A stretch of 64,000 nt of DNA, taken from the NCBI RefSeq assembly GCF_009914755.1, contig NC_060931.1; one strand, 5' to 3'. Positions 55,573 to 64,000 of the stretch are shown here, one piece after another. This DNA is from the human T2T-CHM13v2.0 reference genome, Homo sapiens. Below the pieces are notes generated by a model. The model was not told where the DNA came from and ran no database searches. It was given only the letters and a program-made list of their open reading frames with translations. The position numbers were made by a program, and so were the translations under genes. The first letter of the stretch is position 1. Every line of letters starts with the position of its first letter.

Positions 55573-55604
55573 TGGTGGCCATGCCTCCTTCCCCAAGGCC
55601 TTAC

Positions 55605-55720
55605 CGACCCACAATCCACCTCCAGGAGGGCTACAGCTGCACAGATGAAGACCCCAGCTCTTGTCAGTGCTCACAGACAGCTCACCACCAAAGGAAAGGC
55701 AGCAGGCAGCCTGGAGACAC
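55605..55720 (-). CDS. PKD1L1: PKD1L1 exon 2 (CLQAACC...GGGLWV), 116 nt
   Basis: Acceptor tttcccttag, donor G|GTAAGG, phases 2/1 match neighbours. Confidence 0.93.
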
Positions 55721-56300
55721 CTAAGGGAAAGAAAATAACCAGAGGAAAATTAAATTAAGTACAATCGTTTAATCACAGACATCCTGTGACCACTCTTCCA
55801 TCCATATCCATATTTCTGCCACAAAAGTATTAAGTACAAAATTGGCTGCCATATGAACAAAAAGACTCGCATCTATGGTTCTTTTCACTTCATATTTCCC
55901 AAACTCAGGGTCTGTTTTAGAAGATTAACTGAAATATAGTTCCCATCTGACTACTAAAACAGCCTCCGAACAGATCCATCTCTCTTCCTGCTGCCTCCAG
56001 GGCTTCCTGCCCAGATGCACAGAGCTGACCTTCCAGGGCAAGGTCTGGCAGCTTCCAGGGCTCCTCTTCCTCCTCCTCTCTTCCTGCCTCATCATCCCCA
56101 TTCCTGCTGCTCACTCACAGCCCTAAGAGCACATTCTTCCAGCCCATGGGGATCTGGCATGCTGCAGAAAAGAACAGCATGGAACCCATGACCCTGGGGA
56201 GAGATGCCAGCGCAGACACAGAGTAGGCACTGCATGGCATCCTCCCTGTTTATTTCCACAACAGACTTGAGAGGTTCCGTGCAGTTACTTTTTCAGATGC

Positions 56301-56678
56301 TGGTATCATTTTGGTATTTGTCCCTGTGCAAATCTCATGTTGAATTGTAATCCCCAGTGCTAGAGGTGAGGCCTGGTGGGAGGTGTTTGGATCACGGGGG
56401 CAGATCTCTCATGGCTTGGTGCTGTCTTTGTGAGTTCTCCGAGATCTGGTCATTTAAAAGTGTGTGGTATCTCCTCCCCTCCTCTTGCCCCTGCTGTCGC
56501 CATGTGATGCACCTGCTCCCCCTTCACCTTCCACCATGATTGTAAGCTTCCTGAGGCCTCCCCAGTAGCAGACGCCAGCATTATGCTTCCTGTACTGGCT
56601 GCAGAACCGTGAGCCAATTAAACTTCCTTTCTCAGTCTCAGGTATTTCTTTATAGCAATGCAAGAATAGCCTAATGCA
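56301..56678 (+). mobile_element. MST-type MaLR solo LTR
   Basis: caaatctcatgttgaattgtaatcccc...ggtatttctttatagcaatg; TSD gatgc/gatgg. Confidence 0.9.
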
Positions 56679-57598
56679 GATGGGATCATGAAGGCCCAGC
56701 AAAACAAATTAACTCAGCGAAGCTCACACCATCAGTGAGAGGCAGAGCCAACGTTTAAACCTGGTTCTCAGCACACCCAAAGCCGATGCCAATTCTATGG
56801 CACCTTCCTTCAAAGCTCTCTACAGGTGTGCCTCCAGAGCTCAAGCTGCAGCTGAAGTCAGCCCCAAAGCTCTGCCCCTTGGCACAGCTGGTGACTTTCC
56901 CTCTGGACTCCCTAGGCCTTGACAGCTGTCTGCTGCTCTCATGTTTGTCAGCAGAGATCATCGTGGGTCATCATCTGGTCCCTGGTCATTCCCTTTCAGC
57001 CTGTAGCTCCTTGGGTCCTGAGGTATCTGTGTCTGGCACCAATCGACTTGAGAAAGATCAAGTGCAGCGAGTGAAATAGTCCTGAACTAAGGTGCGGGTT
57101 TCCTGGGTTCTGGTCTTGATTCAGCCAGAAATGGATGGTGTGATTTGGGTTTCTCCTCCATGCCCATTCCCAGCGACAGGGCAATGGGAACCGTTGCCAA
57201 GTTCCCAGCTCCATATAGGCTGCTGTGCTAAGGAGAAGGGCAGGCTCTACATCCACTTCTTCTAGACACAGGCAGTCACCTTGCCTCTCTGTGTCAGTCT
57301 CCTTCTCTGTTTGAGAGGAACGACACAGACCTACTTCACGGGGCTGCTGCCAGGACTGTCATTCCAGAAAGGGCCGCCCTGTATTAGCTAAATGCTTGGT
57401 AACCAGCTGCTAAAGGTGTTCGCCTTTGTTCTTTCCCCTGAAAAATGCATTCAGCTCTTTAGAATTCTCTTTTTTACCTGTCTTGGATGTCTATAAAGTC
57501 TAGAGGATATCTACTTTATCTTAAGCAAGGTTTCTACAAAGATAAAACTGGATAGTTTCACCCAATTTTTACAAGCCTGGTTCTTGATGCCCAAGAAG

Positions 57599-57617
57599 CC
57601 GCCACCAGAGGGCAGAC
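57599..57617 (+). promoter_or_regulatory. Candidate CTCF site in intron 1
   Basis: ccgCCACCAGAGGGCAGac fits the CTCF core CCASYAGRKGGCRS; occupancy unknown. Confidence 0.55.
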
Positions 57618-58497
57618 GAGGACAATATTTATAGTTGAGGAAAGTGTGCAGGGAGGTGAAAAGCTGTTATTTTGAAGATGAAGATGGTCACTAGGTCAAA
57701 GGCCTCAAACTGTTGAATAATTCCAAGGATTTCCTTGCCTACTCTCAACTATGCTTGTCTTCCAAAGGCCAGAGAAATGAAAAAATAAAAAATAACAATA
57801 ATAGAAAAGGGGACAACTTTGGAATCATACAGACCAGACCAGATCAGACTTAGAGGATTTCTGCAATGATCTAGCGGGCAAATAAAATTAAGGAAAGGAC
57901 GAACCTAACCTCTGTCCACCACGTGCGCCCCACAGTCCACAGCTGTGAGACTGCCCACCACTCTGGGCCCACACAAGGTTAGATAGCCCTGGCACCCACC
58001 AAGTTCCGAGACCCTCCCAGACACCCCCACAACAGGATAACTTCCAAGTGCTACACACAGAAAACACCAGCCCTGGTTCCTGGGACATAGTTGGCCCTTG
58101 AGAAGTAATTTTCTGTCTCAGAAGGTGAGAAACACATCCCCAACAGGTGTGTCCTCCACTCACAGAGGCGCCAAGGATAGTGCTGCAAAGCTAATTTTCC
58201 TTGAGATTTCAGAGGTCTTTTCAAATAAAAAAAATGGAAGGGGGAGATAATTTAAATACAAGGGAGGCTCTTTTTCCTGGTGTTGTGAGGAGGCAGGTCC
58301 CCAGGCCCTGGCACAGAATCAGCACCATTTTCACAGAGGTACCTGGCTTCCTCTTAGTTAACTGTGACTGTCGGGGAACAGGATGATACTGATGGCTCAA
58401 ACACAGTCTCTGAGGCATCATGTGCCTCAAGGGAACTAGTCGAGCCATTTGTTTGAATTACATGACAGATCTCTTAGAATCCCTTAAGAGTGAGTGT

Positions 58498-58900
58498 TTT
58501 TCGGGGCCTGTCAGGGGCTGGGGGGCAAGGGGAGGGAGAGCATTAGGACAAATACCTACCACACAAACACACACCACACACTCACACCACACCACACTCA
58601 CACCACACAAACACACCACACAGCATCACACACAATATACACACACCACACAGCACATACCCACCCACCACACACACATCGCACACACCACACACCACGC
58701 ACCACACAAACACACACCATACACACAAACACCACACACACACCAACACATTACACACACATCACACAGCACACACCATGTATCACACACACACCATACC
58801 CCACTCATACCATACCACACATACACCACACACTACACACAGACCACACACCACACCACCCACACACATGTCCTATACCACACACACACACACAGACACT
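58498..58900 (+). repeat. Short L1PA 3'UTR fragment (about 58498-58557) fused to a ~340-bp degenerate CA-rich tract
   Basis: ggggcctgtcagggg...gggagagcattaggacaaatacct followed by (CA/CAC)n. Confidence 0.85.
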
Positions 58901-59896
58901 ACAGGCCTAACTCCATGAAATGAGGGCTACAGGAGAGTCAAGAAACCTCTTCTGTTTCTATGAACAAGATCAGTCACTGTCTTGCTTTAGGTGACTCAGG
59001 AAACCCCAAAAGGCTATGACTTCAGAAATGGGGCCTCGACACCAATTACAATGGCTAGTGCGTGCATGAACTAGTTGGTCTGCAAGTACAAGATGTATAA
59101 ATATACAGGGGAAAAAACATCAAGTCAGCGACTTCCGCTCCTCAGCTTTTCTTTCCTTTCTAAGGGCAAAGGGGTAATTCCTTGCAATTCCCTGACTGAT
59201 AAGAGTGAAGGTCAAATTGGGCCAACATCAAGGCTCTGGGAGTCTGCAGGAGCATGGGCATTTGGAATAAAAGAAACATGAGGTAACCAGAAAAAATAAG
59301 GGAAAAAATTGTAGCCAAAATCAGACAATGCTTGGCAGCAGTGAGTGACATAAGGCAAAGAAATTTCCAAGCATGAATGTGACCAACCCCGTCAACACGT
59401 GCAGCCTCATTTTCTCATCCTGGTTTGCTTTGGGTTTCTTTCATAAAATGATGGTGATGGCACAAAGACAGTAAGCTAACAAAGGCAGAAATGCTGACAG
59501 CAAGCATTCATCAAGGATACTGATTTTTATAACGACCCTCTGGAGTTTACAGATGTGACAACAGGGGTACTCAGATTTTCAGGATGAGAAATCTGGGGGT
59601 GAGGAGGTAAAGTGACCTGCAGTGGCGGGGTACCCCACTGGGCAAGATCTGCAGGCACAGGCTCCCATCATGCCAGGCCAGGGGACAGCGGTGACCCACC
59701 TGGGTCCTTACCACATCCCACAGGCAGGTCACCTTGCTGGCCTCACGCCCAGGAAAGGGGGCATGGAGGTTTGCACCATGTCACACTGCCATGAGACAGT
59801 CAACAGCAGAGCACACAGGCTGCCCAGCCTCAACAACACATGGGTGCTGGCGCGCACAGAGCATGGGGAAGAGGGTTTAGAAATAAGACCCATGGA

Positions 59897-60187
59897 GGCT
59901 GGGTGCGGTGGCTTATGCCTGTAATCCCAGTACTTTGGGAGGCCAAGGCGGGCAGATCACAAGGTCAGGAGATCGAGACCATCCTGGCTAACACAGTGAA
60001 ACCCCGTCTCTACTAAAAATACAAAAAATTAGTCGGGCGTGGTGGTGGGCGCCTGTGGTCCCAGCTACTTGGGAGGCTGAGGCAGGATAAATGGCATGAA
60101 CCCAGGAGGCAGAGCTTGCAGTGAGCCAAGATCGCACCTCTGCACTCGAGCCTGGGCAACAGAGAGAGACTCCGTCTCAAAAAAAAA
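59897..60187 (+). mobile_element. AluY-like
   Basis: Dimeric Alu, TSD agaaataagaccc. Confidence 0.95.
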
Positions 60188-60607
60188 GAAATAAGACCCC
60201 TGGGCCAAGACCCCATGATCTCTTCCTGTGCCAGGTTTCTCCTGGTCTCCATGCAAGGGACCTAGCAGACAAGCAGATAGCTTAACTTTGTCTACTACCA
60301 GGCAGCAGAAAGTCCTCGAACTTGGAAGGTATCCTGCATTTGCAGGAAGAGCAATCAGCACTTCTCATGGCTGAAGGCATCCGCTTGGAGGAGTCTTCTC
60401 AAAAGCCTTCAGGAAAAAACTCCATTCTCAACACCAACTCCAACCTCTGAACTGACCCCGCCGGCCAAATGCACCCTCCTGGTACAGGGCCTCCACTCGT
60501 GCCAGAGTGAGCCCACATCCTAGAGGTGATGACTTTTGAAAGAAAATTTCTGAATGCATACTTTAAAATCAAGCTTACCAAACCCTCTGAGAACAGTGAT
60601 AACTCAC

Positions 60608-60651
60608 CTTTCCTGGTCATCAGAAATGTTCTGGGCTGCCTCCTCGGCCAT
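60608..60651 (-). CDS. PKD1L1: PKD1L1 exon 1, coding part (MAEEAAQNISDDQER), 44 nt
   Basis: ATG in strong Kozak context gacATGG; donor AG|GTGAGT. Confidence 0.92.
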
Positions 60652-60887
60652 GTCCTGTGCAAGCTGGTCACAAGTATGACAGTCAGCAGACCAGCTTCTT
60701 CCTACATCCTCTGGAAGACAAAGAAATAGAGCTTAATGCTTCCAGCTTCTGTACTTGTGACCTCTTATCAGGACACACATCAAACACAGAGGGAAAAATC
60801 CAAACTCCAGTAACATTTTCCCAAGCAGAAACAGCTTTTGTTTTCCTAACACTGTCAGACAAATTCCTTCCTAAGAAGTGTGCTTTT

Positions 60888-61189
60888 GACAGACGTGGTG
60901 GCTCATGTCTGTAATCCCAGCAATTTGGGAGGCCAAGGTGGGTGGATCACTTGAGGCCAGAAGTTTGAGACCAGCCTGGCCAATATGGTGAAACCCCGTC
61001 TCTACTAAAAATACAAAAATAGCCAAGTGTGGTGGCACACATCTGTAATCCCAGTTACCCAGGAGGCTCAGGCGAGAGAATTGCTTGAACCTAGGAGGTG
61101 GAGGTTGCAGTGAGACGAGATTGCACCACTGTGCAATAGAGTGAGACTCTGCCTCAAAAACAAAACGAAACAAAACAAAACAAAACAAA
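60888..61189 (+). mobile_element. Alu (S-type)
   Basis: Dimeric Alu, (AAAAC)n tail, TSD aagtgtg(c/t)ttt. Confidence 0.92.
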
Positions 61190-61299
61190 AGTGTGTTTTA
61201 GGTAGGGATCTTTGTGGCTGCCTGAAACAGATCACTACTCAAGGGAGAGACTGTACATGGAAGCTGAGAGAAGTCTGAGAATAAAAAGCTGTAACTGTT

Positions 61300-61717
<418 letters not shown>

Positions 61718-62749
61718 TTACGGCAGAACCTAGGAATGATCTGGTTCCGAACCTCCTGCACCTCTCCTTGTTTGCAACTGGCGGGTCAGACTGAGTTCTC
61801 TCCATTACGAAACATTTTCTCTTATATTTTTAAAGCACTTGTTAGTTGTCTTAGTTCTTTATACCAACATTTAAACCTTCAGAGATTTTAGAAAACTTAA
61901 TGTTTTACTCAGAATACTAGATATTTTTTCTCTCCACTCTGAAGAGAGTGATACCAAGAAGAGTGGGAACGTTTTCAGGCACAAGCTCTTTCTCAGATGG
62001 GAACACAGACCCCTTGAACAATGATGAACCAAGCTACGGGTGTCCGGCCTTGGATCCTGTGTTTTCTGGAACTTTGCTGCCAATGAGGTGAGTAACCAGA
62101 GCCCTGTGGTGGGTTAAGGGGCCTGCTGTTGACCTAACACACCTGTCTCCTGGGGCCTGCTGCCACCTCTGCTCTTCTCACACTGCCTTGTCAGTGCCTC
62201 TGGCTTTGTCCCCACTGTGCTTGTTGTGAGTAAATCTCAGATTTGGGGGAAATGCATACTTTCCAATTTCATTAGCAATACACTTTCAAATGCGCCTGTG
62301 ACCAAGAAAAGGATAAACTGCAAACTGCAGTTTGTAAACGAACAAAATCCCTTCTTTCTGAAGCCCCTGTGATTTGCTCTGACACCTTCCTGTCAAATCT
62401 AAACAGAGTCCACTGGGTAAAGACACCTGTGCAACCCTGCCTGCTGGGCTGGCATCCATACCCACACGCACACCTGGATGCTCTGACCTTGCTGCTGCCT
62501 GTTCCTTCCTTGTGGGGCTGGACATCCTGAGAACAGGGCCTACATTTAAAGTTTGTGATGTTTTTGAAGCCAGCAGTGCTAACCAAAGATGCCAGGAAAT
62601 GAGGAGGAGCAAAGAAAGTGACATAATTGAGGGAAGAAATATGCCTGCACTGCCCTACGTGGGAGGCACTCTCATAGCCACTCTCATAGCCACTCTCAGC
62701 TACTGGAGCTTAAGTTACTTACAATTAAATAGAATTAAGAATTAGCTGG

Positions 62750-62987
<238 letters not shown>

Positions 62988-64000
62988 TCAGTAGCCAAGA
63001 TACAAACTATACAATGTTTCCATCATTGCAGAACACCCTCGGGGCCAGCGCTGGGCTGGGCAGCCTCGCCTTTTTCCGGGCAGTGCGGCCAGCATTGTTT
63101 CCTCAGAGCAGCTGCATCCAGACAAGGGAGGGGTTCCCAGTTCATCTACATTCTTGGGCCATACTCCTCCACCTGGGGTTTGCCGAGCACTGCACTGGTA
63201 CAACAGGGAGCACAACACAGAACCAAACTCACTGCTTCCCTCCCGAGGACGGAGGGGTGTGCTGCTTAAGGTGAGACGTGGATGCAGCCAAGCAAACTGG
63301 AAAACATCGAGTTTTGAAAACTGCTTTAAGTAAAAATATTCTGAATAAAATTAGGTAAATGGCTTCCAAATATGGCCCATTTTAAGAAATCACTATCTAA
63401 GCTCCTCATTTAGAAACAAAGACTCGATCAGGATTTTGACTCTCCTTATGACCTTGATGAAAGGAGGAAAAAACACAAGAAAAATCATTTCTTTGCATGA
63501 AATCAATGTGCAAGGACGGAACCCCCTGGCTGGAAGAGATCCTGGGAGGTCTTTCCCTTTGTCTTCATTGTTTTAAACAAAAGCCACCTCCTTAGAATTT
63601 GTTTTTAAGCCACATTCTGTATTTCAGATTTAATACTTAGTTTCTAAAACTGCTTCTTAGGTGATAGTTCACTTAGTCAACCCCTGCCTTACTCCACAGA
63701 CTTAAGGTGTTTAGTATGCACATAGTTCAGAATGAATACCTGAAAGTAGGTAGCACTGCCTGAAGACTTTCAGTAGTCAAAGTAGAAAAGCAAACACAGG
63801 TGTTTACACAGTTCACAGTGTAAAAAGGCACAGAGCTGCAGTTTACACAGCACAGGGTTCCTCCTCAGATGGAAACTTCAGCAATTGTTCTCACATGGGT
63901 TTTCATACTTGAAGATGTAATAGATGGCATTTAATGATACTAAGTTTCAGATTTGGGGAAATATTACATTTGCAACTCAGGCAAGTGTATACATAAAATA

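Noticed and set aside
58420-58923. His/Thr-rich ORFs of 167 and 138 aa
   Set aside because: Translation of a CA-rich low-complexity tract.

Overview
Human-type genomic DNA containing the 5' part of PKD1L1 (polycystin-1-like 1) on the minus strand. I reconstructed 17 coding exons (ATG at 60651 down to position 187). All have GT-AG boundaries and consistent phases, and together give 2836 nt (about codons 1-945): Cys-rich N-terminus, PKD domains and the start of the REJ module. Introns are dense with Alu, L1, L2/MIR, MaLR/ERV solo LTRs, DNA transposons and one SVA. Main observations: (1) exon 8 is a 168-nt in-frame cassette built from antisense LTR plus old L1 sequence; it splits a hidden PKD-type domain, which skipping would restore (HQYSK-EGVY, mirroring HVYSR-EGEF downstream). 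(2) The ATG exon is preceded by a good splice acceptor and an open Cys-containing frame, so the N-terminus may be incomplete. (3) A solo LTR shows an APOBEC3-like strand-specific C loss. (4) A near full-length L1PB has apparent 5'/3' transductions and a nested SVA. (5) There are several locally templated insertions. Gene identity and repeat subfamily names come from recognition and memory, not database searches.
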